From Elusimicrobiota bacterium (lineage in GTDB: Bacteria; Elusimicrobiota; Elusimicrobia; Elusimicrobiales; UBA9959): a DNA stretch of 24,553 nucleotides. Under the pieces are notes generated by a model. The model had not been told where the DNA came from. It worked only from the letters and a program-made list of their open reading frames with translations, and did not search any database. The position numbers were made by a program, and so were the translations under genes. Shown piece after piece: positions 1 through 7,971 of the stretch (positions within the stretch are counted from its first letter, which is position 1; every line of letters starts with the position of its first letter). The stretch lies in NCBI GenBank assembly GCA_027340875.1, contig DAIENX010000062.1:1-24553 (forward strand), read 5' to 3'.

Positions 1-870
1 CATAGACACCGTAAAGCAGGCCGAGCTCTTCGCCGCCATCCGCGAGCATTACGACATACCCCGCAAGGATAACGTCTCCCTTAAGGATTACCCGACGATA
101 CGCCACTGCATCAGGTTCGTCATTGAGTCCAAGGCCGGAACCGCCACGGCTACCGCGGCCCATGCCCCGGCACAGACAGCAGCGATGTCCGTTGTCCAGG
201 CTGTCCCGGCACCCGTTGCAGCGCCCGCAGCCGGCGGGGTCGCCGAGGACGCCGTGCGCGAGACAATACTGAACATGATCGCTGAGAAGACCGGCTATCC
301 CAAGGACATGCTCGAGCTCGACCTCGACATGGAGGCCGACCTCGGCATAGACACCGTAAAGCAGGCCGAGCTCTTCGCCGCCATCCGCGAGCATTACGAC
401 ATACCCCGCAAGGATAACGTCTCCCTTAAGGATTACCCGACGATACGCCACTGCATCAAGTTCGTCCTTGAGTCCAAAGGAGGCGCCGTTGCTGCCCCGC
501 AGAAAGTGGCCGCGGAGGCCGCTACCGCACCGGTGCAGGCCTCGCCCGCTCCGAAAGCGGCTCCGCAGCCAGCTCCGGCGCAGAAAGTGGCCGCAGCGGC
601 CACCCCCGCCGCGGCCCCGGCCGCCGGCGGAGTTTCCGAGGACGCGGTGCGCGAGAACATCCTGAACATGATAGCCGATAAGACCGGCTATCCCAAGGAC
701 ATGCTCGAGCTCGACCTCGACATGGAGGCCGACCTCGGCATAGACACCGTAAAGCAGGCCGAGCTCTTCGCGGCGATGCGCGAGCACTACTCGATAGCCC
801 GCCGCGACGACCTCTCGCTTAAGGACTACCCGACGATACGGCACTGCATAAAGTTCGTGCTCGACGCCAA
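1..870 (+). repeat. Tandem ACP-domain repeats (partial copy 1-~130; copies ~240-478 and ~630-870)
   Basis: Positions 1-113 are identical to 346-458, and 287-378 are identical to 680-771. Offsets are 345 and 393 nt. A 15-nt repeat gcagaaagtggccgc occurs in the linker at 499-513 and 580-594. Confidence 0.95.
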
Positions 871-3499
871 GAGCGGAGCCGCGCCGGCCCAGACAGCCGC
901 GGCCGCAGTCCCCGCTCCGGCCAAGCGCCGGCAGAAGCCAGAGCAGCCGGAGCTGCTGGACCTCACCGCGGAGGAAGAACCCCCGGTCGCCGCCGAGCCT
1001 AAGCCGGCAAAGCAGGAATACCCCAAGCGTCATATACGGCATGTGCCCGTCATAGTCCCGGCGCCGGTGGAACAGGAAGTCATAAAGAAGCTGGCACCCA
1101 AGAGACCGGTGGCGATCTTCTCGGAGGACCTTGACCTGGCCAAGGCCTTCCGCGCCGAGCTCAATAAGCACCGCGCGGATTCCTATATCTTCACCCCGGC
1201 CAAGACCAAGCTGAAGGACTCCATAACGGTGGACTTCAAGGACATACCGGCCATGGAAAAGGCGCTGCAGGACTTCTCCGCCGAGCATCCCGACACGCAG
1301 GGCGTGGTCTACCTGACCGGCTGCATGGTCAAGTCCCTTTCCAAGGATACCGACGCCTTCGGAGACCTGAAGCGCTACGCGCTGCCGCTGTTCCTGGCGA
1401 CCAAGTACCTGTCCGCCGGGCTCAACAAGGCCGACGCCGGGCACACCACGTTCATGGCGGTGGTCACCACCCTGGACGGCGGCTTCGGCTACCGCACCAA
1501 GGACGCCTACGACCCGATCTACGGCGCCATCCACGGCCCCACGCTGTGCATCCGCAAGGAGTTGGAGAACAGCGCCGTGAAGATGCTGGACTTCGAGCCC
1601 AGCTCCTCCAACCAGCTCATAGTGCAGAAGACCTTCTACGAGATACTATACTCGGACAAGCGGCTGGCGATAGGCTACGCCGATGGCAAGCGCTGGACGC
1701 TGGTGGGCAAGCCGCAGGCGCTGGACATGTCCAAGCCCACGACCCAACTGGAAGGAAAGAACGTCCTCGTGACCGGCGCGGGCCGCGGCCTGGGAGCCAT
1801 GTTCTCCAGGATGCTGGCGGAGCAGCATAAGGCCAACATCCTGATCATAGACCTGATGGAGATAGGCGACAAGGCCAAGCGCCTGACCAAGATGAGCGAG
1901 TCCGAGCTGAAGGCCTGGAAAATGGGCGAACTCTGGAACGAGCTGAAGAACGGCCCGGAGAAGGCCACCCCCGCGCTGCTCGAAAAGGAATATACGCGCC
2001 TCAAGGACGCAGCCGACATGCACAGGAACATGGAGGCGATACGCGCCCTCGGCGTGAACGTGACCTATTACCGCTGCAACCTGACCGACCAGACCGCCTT
2101 CGACAGGACGATGGAGAGCATCAAGTCCGACTTCGGGCAGATAGACGGCGTGGTCCATTTCGCCGGCCTCGAGCGCTCCAAGCTCGTGGTGGACAAGGCG
2201 GTGGAGGAGTTCAACCTGATCTTCAACGTGAAGGCGGACTCCGCCATCAGGCTCTGGAAGTCCGGCATCGTCAAGGAGAAGGGCTTCTGGGCCATGGCCT
2301 CGTCGATAGCCGGTAAGTTCGGGAACCTGGGCCAGAGCGACTACGCGGCCGCCAACGACTACGTGGCCAAGTTCTGCGTCAGCCAGCAGAACCGCGGCGT
2401 GCGCGCCGTCAGCATAGACATGACCGGCTACGCGCAGATAGGCATGGGCGCCCGCCCCGGCGTCGAGGCGTTCCTGAAGTCTCAGGAGATGGAGTTCCTG
2501 TACCCCGAGGAGGGCATGCAGGCCTTCGTGGACGAGATAGCCTACGGCAAGGTGCCGGAGATCATACTTTCCGGCAGCCTGGGCAAGCTCGACTGGGACA
2601 AGCAGCTGCAGTACGAGCCCAACTTCTCCCCGTCGGCCTCCACCGGCTTCCACTTCGTGCCGAAGCTGGTCGACCTGCTGAAGGGGGAGATGCTGGCAGG
2701 GGTGAAGGACTTCACGCTGGCCGCGGACCCGTACCTGGCCGACCACTCCATAAACGGCACCCCGTACGTGCCGGGCGTGATGGGTCTCGAGACCTTCGCC
2801 GAGGCCGCGGCCCTGGTGACCGGCAAGCCTCCGAAGGCCCTCACCGGAGTGCGCTTCGCGGTGCCGATAAAGCTGCTGCGCAACCGCGACGCCGAGGTCC
2901 GGATAAAGGCGGAGGCCTCGGGCGGGGCAGTGGACATGCGCCTAGAGTCAGACTTCATCAGCCCCAAGGGACAGAGGCTCGGACAGACCCGCACCCACTT
3001 CAAGGCAGTTTCAGCGGAGGATGCCCCTTCGGCCTGGAACACCGGCATGCGCCCGCGCCTGCCCAAGTCCGCCAAGTACAAGACGGAAGCGCCGGTGATC
3101 TACAAGACCTACTTCCACGGTCCCAGTTTCCAGGTCCTCGACGGGATACTGTCGCTGGACAAGGGCTCGGTGCTGGCCGTCTTCAAGCGTCCGCAGGCGC
3201 CGCTCTGGAAGCAGGGCGCCCAGAAACTGGTCTTCCATCCGCTGGTGTTCGAGGCGCTCTTCCAGGCCTGCGGCTGGAGGGACATACAGTTCGACAGGAC
3301 CATGGCCCTGCCGGACGCTATAGGCGCCGCCATCGCCTACGACCACGAGCCGCTGGACCCCGAGACGCTGTTCCTCTACGGCGTGTTCAAGGGCAGGACG
3401 GAGGACAACAGGAGCCTCTACGACGCGTGGGCTTTCGACGGCGACTACAACCTGTTCGCCGAGCTGAGGGACTACGCGATGATCCCGACGCCCATCTGA
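2..3499 (+). CDS. PfaA-like iterative type I polyketide/fatty-acid synthase, C-terminal part (tandem ACP x>=3 - KR - double-hotdog DH); 5' end lies upstream of window
   Basis: The frame is open from position 2 (IDTVKQAELF...), so the ORF-track Met at 185 is internal. ACP motif LELDLDMEADLGIDTVKQAELF is repeated with Ala/Pro linkers. KR motifs: VLVTGAGRGLG, VVHFAG, SSIAGKFGNLGQSDYAAAN. DH motifs: YLADHSINGTPYVPG, FHGPSFQVL, HPLVFEALFQ. Stop TGA at 3497-3499. Confidence 0.92.
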   Translation: MDTVKQAELFAAIREHYDIPRKDNVSLKDYPTIRHCIRFVIESKAGTATATAAHAPAQTAAMSVVQAVPAPVAAPAAGGVAEDAVRETILNMIAEKTGYPKDMLELDLDMEADLGIDTVKQAELFAAIREHYDIPRKDNVSLKDYPTIRHCIKFVLESKGGAVAAPQKVAAEAATAPVQASPAPKAAPQPAPAQKVAAAATPAAAPAAGGVSEDAVRENILNMIADKTGYPKDMLELDLDMEADLGIDTVKQAELFAAMREHYSIARRDDLSLKDYPTIRHCIKFVLDAKSGAAPAQTAAAAVPAPAKRRQKPEQPELLDLTAEEEPPVAAEPKPAKQEYPKRHIRHVPVIVPAPVEQEVIKKLAPKRPVAIFSEDLDLAKAFRAELNKHRADSYIFTPAKTKLKDSITVDFKDIPAMEKALQDFSAEHPDTQGVVYLTGCMVKSLSKDTDAFGDLKRYALPLFLATKYLSAGLNKADAGHTTFMAVVTTLDGGFGYRTKDAYDPIYGAIHGPTLCIRKELENSAVKMLDFEPSSSNQLIVQKTFYEILYSDKRLAIGYADGKRWTLVGKPQALDMSKPTTQLEGKNVLVTGAGRGLGAMFSRMLAEQHKANILIIDLMEIGDKAKRLTKMSESELKAWKMGELWNELKNGPEKATPALLEKEYTRLKDAADMHRNMEAIRALGVNVTYYRCNLTDQTAFDRTMESIKSDFGQIDGVVHFAGLERSKLVVDKAVEEFNLIFNVKADSAIRLWKSGIVKEKGFWAMASSIAGKFGNLGQSDYAAANDYVAKFCVSQQNRGVRAVSIDMTGYAQIGMGARPGVEAFLKSQEMEFLYPEEGMQAFVDEIAYGKVPEIILSGSLGKLDWDKQLQYEPNFSPSASTGFHFVPKLVDLLKGEMLAGVKDFTLAADPYLADHSINGTPYVPGVMGLETFAEAAALVTGKPPKALTGVRFAVPIKLLRNRDAEVRIKAEASGGAVDMRLESDFISPKGQRLGQTRTHFKAVSAEDAPSAWNTGMRPRLPKSAKYKTEAPVIYKTYFHGPSFQVLDGILSLDKGSVLAVFKRPQAPLWKQGAQKLVFHPLVFEALFQACGWRDIQFDRTMALPDAIGAAIAYDHEPLDPETLFLYGVFKGRTEDNRSLYDAWAFDGDYNLFAELRDYAMIPTPI

Positions 3500-4128
3500 T
3501 GACGGCGGCGATGCGCGAGCTCCGGGAGGTCTGGCCTGGCACGGGCGCCAGCGTTATTTACCTGCCCGTGGAGGGCCAGGTGCCCGGCGGCTTCCTCTCG
3601 GCACGGGAAAACGCTGTCTACTCTGCGTTCCAACTGGAGAAGCGGCGCCGCGAATGGCTGGCCGGCCGGCTGGCGGCAAAAACGCTTCTCTCCGCCGGGG
3701 GTCTCGCCCCATCCGCCTGCGAGATAGGCATGGACAAGTTCGGCCGCCCCTGCTGCGGGCAGTCGCTGGTATCCATATCCCATTCCAACGGTTGGGCCAT
3801 GGCGGCCATAAAACCTGGCTCCACCTTCCTCGGCGCCGACCTGGAGAGGATAGAGGAGCGCCACCCGGCCTGGTACAGCGACTATTTCCATCCGGCGGAA
3901 CTCGCCTCCCGCGACCCTTCCGAAGCCACCAGGATCTGGACCATGAAAGAAGCCCTGCTCAAGGCGCTGGGACTGGGTTTGATGGCCGACCCGCTGGACA
4001 TCAGGACCGGGGAGAGGATAATGCTTTCCGGGAAAGCGCTGGAACGCCACCGCGAGATGGGCGGCCCCCATTATTCCGTTGAGACAAGGAGCTATCCAGA
4101 AGGTTTCTGGGCCGCGGTAGCCGCATAA
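3499..4128 (+). CDS. Sfp/PfaE-type 4'-phosphopantetheinyl transferase
   Basis: Motifs RRREWLAGR, GRP, SISHS, GADLE and WTMKEALLKALGLG. The ATG at 3499 overlaps the PKS stop (TGATG) and is preferred over the ORF-track start at 3427. Confidence 0.92.
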   Translation: MTAAMRELREVWPGTGASVIYLPVEGQVPGGFLSARENAVYSAFQLEKRRREWLAGRLAAKTLLSAGGLAPSACEIGMDKFGRPCCGQSLVSISHSNGWAMAAIKPGSTFLGADLERIEERHPAWYSDYFHPAELASRDPSEATRIWTMKEALLKALGLGLMADPLDIRTGERIMLSGKALERHREMGGPHYSVETRSYPEGFWAAVAA

Positions 4129-4159
4129 TCCAGCGGTAGAAAATCTCGGTCCAGGCGCC

Positions 4160-4227
4160 TCTTATTATAAGGTTCGGACCCCCATCTAAAAAGGTAAAAT
4201 ATCAGTTAAAGAGAGGTTACCCCGCCC
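4160..4227 (+). promoter_or_regulatory. Putative sigma70-type promoter region and RBS of the carboxyltransferase gene
   Basis: AT-rich intergenic island with TAAAAT at 4195-4200, TATTAT/TTATAA near 4163-4170, and GAGAGG upstream of ATG 4228. Confidence 0.45.
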
Positions 4228-5859
4228 ATGTCAGATCTAATGGAAGATCCCATAGCCGGAGCGTCCCAGCAGGGCGCCAAGAAGCCCCATCCCAAGAAGG
4301 TAAGGGTGGTCCCGGAATCGCTGAAACGCTTCCGCGAGATACACGCGGCGGCCGAGGCGGGAGGGCCGCCGGACAAGGTGGAGGCCCAGCGGAAGAAGGG
4401 CAAGCTGACGGCCAGGGAGCGCATCGCCTACCTGGTGGACGAGGATTCCTTCCAGGAATTCGGGCTGCTGATGGAGTCCCGCTGCACCGATTTCGGCATC
4501 AAGGACAAGCACATAAAGGGCGACGGCGTCATAACCGGCTTCGGCAAGGTCAACGGCCGCCTGGCCGCCATCTTCTCGGAGGATTTCACTCAGCTGGGCG
4601 GCTCGCTCGGCCGCACGCACGCCGACAAGATCGCCAAGCTGATGGACATGGCCGCTGACGCCAGGATACCCGTGATAGGCATCCTGGACTCCGGCGGCGC
4701 CCGCATCCAGGAGGGCGTGGACTCGCTGGACGGCTACGGCGAGATCTTCTACCGCAACACCAAGTATTCCGGGGTGGTCCCGCAGATCTCCATCATAGTC
4801 GGGCCCTGCGCCGGCGGCGCGGTCTATTCCCCGGCGTTGACCGACTTCGTCTTCATGGTCAAGGGCATGAGCAACATGTTCGTGACCGGCCCCGAGGTGG
4901 TGAAGGCGGCCACCGGAGAGACCGTGGACTTCGAGACCCTCGGCGGCGCCTCCACGCACGCCTCCAAGTCGGGCGTCTGCCATTTCGTGGCCAACTCCGA
5001 ACCGGACTGCTACCGCCAGGTGAAGGAGCTGATGAGCTTCCTGCCGCAGAACCGGTTCGAGGCGCCCCCGTCGCACGAGACCAAGGACCCGTCAGACCGC
5101 CGCGTGTCCCTTATGGAGAAGCTCTGCGAGGTGGACCCCCGCAAGCCCTACCGCGTCAACCACATAGTCTGGTGGCTGGCAGACGACCACAAGTTCCTCG
5201 AAGTGCACCACGACTACGCCAAGAACATCGTGATCGGCTTCATACGCCTGGGCGGACAGGTGGTGGGCGTGATAGCCAACAACCCGGCCCACATGGCCGG
5301 CGCGCTGGACATCAACGCCTCCGACAAGGCGGCGCGCTTCATCCGCTTCCTCAACAACTTCAACATCCCGATACTGACGCTGGTGGACGTGCCCGGCTAC
5401 TGGCCCGGCGTGGCGCAGGAGCACGGCGGCATCATCCGCCACGGCGCCAAGCTGCTGTACGCCTACTCGGAGGCCAGCGTGCCGAAGATAACGCTGGTGC
5501 TGCGCAAAGCTTACGGCGGGGCCTACATCGCGATGAGCTCCAAGCTGATGGGCGGCGACATCAACTTCTCCCTGCCGTCCGCGGAATTCGCCGTGATGGG
5601 CCCGCGCGGAGCCATAGAGATCCTCTACTCGCGCCAGATCAAGGAGGCCAAGGAAGAGGAAAGGGAGGCTCTGAGGGCGAAGCTCGCCAAGGAGTACTCG
5701 GATAAGTTCGCCTCGCCTTACCAGACCGCTTCCACCGGCTCCATCGACGAAGTGATAGAGCCCGTACAGGCCCGCGCCAGGCTGATCTCCGCCTTCCGCC
5801 TGCTCGCGGATAAGCGCAAACCGGGGGAGAACGAACGCACGGGCAACATACCGCTGTAG
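4228..5859 (+). CDS. Acyl-CoA carboxylase carboxyltransferase subunit (PccB/MmdA-like, fused beta+alpha CT domains)
   Basis: Motifs GKLTARERI, GDGVITGFG, DSGGARIQEG, GPCAGGAVYSPALTDF, MFVTGP, DVPGYWPG, GIIRHGAKLLYAY, RKAYGGAY and C-terminal GNIPL. Confidence 0.95.
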   Translation: MSDLMEDPIAGASQQGAKKPHPKKVRVVPESLKRFREIHAAAEAGGPPDKVEAQRKKGKLTARERIAYLVDEDSFQEFGLLMESRCTDFGIKDKHIKGDGVITGFGKVNGRLAAIFSEDFTQLGGSLGRTHADKIAKLMDMAADARIPVIGILDSGGARIQEGVDSLDGYGEIFYRNTKYSGVVPQISIIVGPCAGGAVYSPALTDFVFMVKGMSNMFVTGPEVVKAATGETVDFETLGGASTHASKSGVCHFVANSEPDCYRQVKELMSFLPQNRFEAPPSHETKDPSDRRVSLMEKLCEVDPRKPYRVNHIVWWLADDHKFLEVHHDYAKNIVIGFIRLGGQVVGVIANNPAHMAGALDINASDKAARFIRFLNNFNIPILTLVDVPGYWPGVAQEHGGIIRHGAKLLYAYSEASVPKITLVLRKAYGGAYIAMSSKLMGGDINFSLPSAEFAVMGPRGAIEILYSRQIKEAKEEEREALRAKLAKEYSDKFASPYQTASTGSIDEVIEPVQARARLISAFRLLADKRKPGENERTGNIPL

Positions 5860-5867
5860 CTCCGGGA

Positions 5868-5899
5868 AGGGCCGGCCGCGAGGCCGGCCCTCTTCTTCC
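5868..5899 (+). terminator. Probable intrinsic terminator after the carboxyltransferase
   Basis: 10-bp stem AGGGCCGGCC / GGCCGGCCCT with a GCGA (GNRA) loop, followed by pyrimidine-rich CTTCTTCC, 8 nt after the stop. Confidence 0.7.
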
Positions 5900-5937
5900 G
5901 GGGCAGGCGCCCGTTCCTAACAGCGCAGAAAATCTTT

Positions 5938-5950
5938 TATAATGGGACTT
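5938..5950 (+). promoter_or_regulatory. -10 box (TATAAT) positioned for a leaderless mscS transcript
   Basis: Perfect TATAAT at 5938-5943, then 7 nt, then ATG at 5951. No Shine-Dalgarno is visible. Confidence 0.55.
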
Positions 5951-7015
5951 ATGGACAGGATAAGAACTTGGTTCGATTACGGACTGGTCATGGGCAACAC
6001 GCCGGTGGCCTACCTCTATGCGGCCGCAGCCTTCGCCGCGGCCCTGGCGCTGCTGTACCTGGTCAAGAACGTCGTGGTGGCCCGCCTGAGGGCGATGGCC
6101 GAGAAGACCGCCACGGACCTGGACGACCTGGCCGTGGACCTGCTGGACAAGTTCAAGTGGCCGGATTACCAACTGCTGGCCTTTTACATAGCGACCCGCT
6201 ACCTGGAGCGCAGCGCGGCCTTCGACAAGGCCCTTCTGGTGGTGCTGCTGCTCGTGTTCACCTATCGGGCCATAACGATGGCCCAGGCGCTGATAACATA
6301 CTGGCTGCACAAGATAGCGGCCCAGCGCCAGCTTTCCGACGCGGCCAAGGCCTCCGTCGTCAACAGCACGCAGGTCATCATGCGCACGCTGGTCTGGGTG
6401 GCCGCGGCGCTCTTCGTGCTGGACAACATGGGGGTAAACATCTCCTCCGTCCTGGCCGGCTTGGGCATCGGCGGCGTAGCCGTGGCCCTGGCTTCGCAGG
6501 CCATCCTCGGCGATCTGTTCAACTTCTTCGTCATCCTGCTGGACAAGCCTTTCACGGTGGGGGACTTCATAATAACGGACACCGCCGTCTGCGGCACGGT
6601 GGAGAAGCTGGGCCTGAAATCCGTCCACATACGCAATCTTTCCGGGGAAATACTGGTGGTATCGAATTCCAAGCTGCTAGCGATGGAGGTGAAGAACTAC
6701 CAGCACATGCAGCGGCGCAGGGTGGTGATAAAGACCTCGGTGGTCTATCGGACGCCGCTGGAAAAGCTGAAGCGCGTCCCGGCCATGATAAAAGAGGCCG
6801 TGGAGGCGATCGGCGACACGACCTTCGACCGCTGCAACCTCTCCGCTCTTGGCAGTTTCTCCGTGGACTTCGAGACCGTCTACTACCTGGAGAAGCCGGA
6901 CTACGCCCTGCATATGGCGGTCCAGGAGAAGCTCCTGCAGTCCGTGATAGAACGCTTCGGCCGGGAGGGCATCGAATTCGCCTACCCGACCCAGACGCTT
7001 TACGTTCAGAAATGA
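5951..7015 (+). CDS. mscS: Small-conductance mechanosensitive channel (MscS family)
   Basis: Motifs VLAGLGIGGVAVALASQAILGDLF, DKPFTVGDFI, GTVEKLGLKS, VVSNS and GIEFAYPTQTL, with N-terminal TM helices. Start is either 5942 or 5951; 5951 is favoured by the -10 spacing. Confidence 0.93.
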   Translation: MDRIRTWFDYGLVMGNTPVAYLYAAAAFAAALALLYLVKNVVVARLRAMAEKTATDLDDLAVDLLDKFKWPDYQLLAFYIATRYLERSAAFDKALLVVLLLVFTYRAITMAQALITYWLHKIAAQRQLSDAAKASVVNSTQVIMRTLVWVAAALFVLDNMGVNISSVLAGLGIGGVAVALASQAILGDLFNFFVILLDKPFTVGDFIITDTAVCGTVEKLGLKSVHIRNLSGEILVVSNSKLLAMEVKNYQHMQRRRVVIKTSVVYRTPLEKLKRVPAMIKEAVEAIGDTTFDRCNLSALGSFSVDFETVYYLEKPDYALHMAVQEKLLQSVIERFGREGIEFAYPTQTLYVQK

Positions 7016-7032
7016 ACAGGAGGAGAACGGAT

Positions 7033-7896
7033 ATGAAGAAGCAGCTTATTGCCGCCCTGGCCCTGGTCGCCGTGTTCGCCGGCGGGGCACAGGCGGCGCA
7101 GAAGAACGTGGCGACAGTGAACGGAGAGAAGATCACTGCGGACGACCTGACCAAGAAGCTCTGGTGGCAGCACGCCGCCAAGGACCTCTCGGACCTTATA
7201 GACGAGCGCCTGCTGCTCGAGGAGGGTGCCAGGCTGGGCGTGAAAGCGGACAAGACGGAAGTGGATTCCCGCTTCGCGGCGCTGCAGGCCAACTACCCCG
7301 ACAAAGCCGCCTTCGACAAGAACCTGAAGTCGGTGGGCTGGTCGGAAAAGGACCTGCGCAACCTGATCGCCGACCAGCTGGTAATGCGCGGCACCGTCGT
7401 AGCCGCCAAGAATATCGCCTTCACCGATGACGACGTCAAGGCCTTCTTCGACGCCAACAAGGACAAGCTCGGCAGCCCCGAGGCCGTGAAGCTGAGCCAG
7501 ATATTCGTTCCCTCCAAGGCGGAAGCTGATGACGCATACGAACTGCTCTCCACCGTGGGCGCGGATTTCGCCAAGCTCTCGAGCCTCAAATCGTCCGACG
7601 CCGCCCTCCGCAAGAACGCCGGCGCCCTGGGCTTCATAGCCCGCGGCATGCTGCAGCCAGACCTGGAGAAGGAGATCTTCGCGTTGAAGCCGGGGGAATA
7701 CACAAAGCCGATACAGACCGGCGCCGGCTATAGCATCTTCAAGGCCGAGGAGATAAGGCCCCGCCAGGAGGCCTCCTTCGACTCCGTCAAGGCGGACCTC
7801 AAGGCGGCCATGATCAACCAGGCCATCAGCCAGCAGTTGCCGGTCCTCGTCTCCGAGCTGCGCAAGAAGGCCAAGATAGAGATAAGCCAGCAGTAG
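7033..7896 (+). CDS. PrsA/SurA-like exported foldase (SurA_N-like domain + parvulin/rotamase domain)
   Basis: AGGAG RBS before ATG 7033, signal peptide MKKQLIAALALVAVFAGGAQA, VATVNGEKIT, LIDERLL, DFAKL, GALGF, FALKPGEYTKPIQTGAGY and KKAKIEI. The 642-aa ORF from 5968 is this gene plus a spurious 5' extension. Confidence 0.88.
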   Translation: MKKQLIAALALVAVFAGGAQAAQKNVATVNGEKITADDLTKKLWWQHAAKDLSDLIDERLLLEEGARLGVKADKTEVDSRFAALQANYPDKAAFDKNLKSVGWSEKDLRNLIADQLVMRGTVVAAKNIAFTDDDVKAFFDANKDKLGSPEAVKLSQIFVPSKAEADDAYELLSTVGADFAKLSSLKSSDAALRKNAGALGFIARGMLQPDLEKEIFALKPGEYTKPIQTGAGYSIFKAEEIRPRQEASFDSVKADLKAAMINQAISQQLPVLVSELRKKAKIEISQQ

Positions 7897-7914
7897 CCAG
7901 CGCGGTTGAAGGAA

Positions 7915-7955
7915 AAAGAAGAAGGGCCCGGTATTCAGCCGGGCCCTTCTTCTTT
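7915..7955. terminator. Bidirectional intrinsic terminator between convergent genes
   Basis: Perfect 17-bp inverted repeat AAAGAAGAAGGGCCCGG / CCGGGCCCTTCTTCTTT with a 7-nt loop, between the + stop at 7896 and the - stop at 7972. Confidence 0.9.
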
Positions 7956-7971
7956 GTGGACGCAGAGAAGC

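Noticed and set aside
185..187. ORF-track start of the PKS
   Set aside because: The frame is open from position 2 and encodes another ACP, so the Met lies in a linker.
1..870. Repeats as a CRISPR array or mobile element
   Set aside because: The units are in-frame protein domains of about 345-393 nt, with no short repeat-spacer structure, cas genes or transposase.
2..3499. Assigning the gene symbol pfaA / PUFA production
   Set aside because: The architecture is similar, but KS/AT are outside the window, no pfaB/C/D genes follow, and the ACP, KR and DH motifs deviate. The product cannot be called.
5968..7032. 5' part of the 642-aa ORF, suggesting an MscS-foldase fusion or frameshift
   Set aside because: It is an Arg/Gly/Pro-rich off-frame read of mscS. 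The real gene has its own RBS and signal peptide at 7033, and mscS ends normally.
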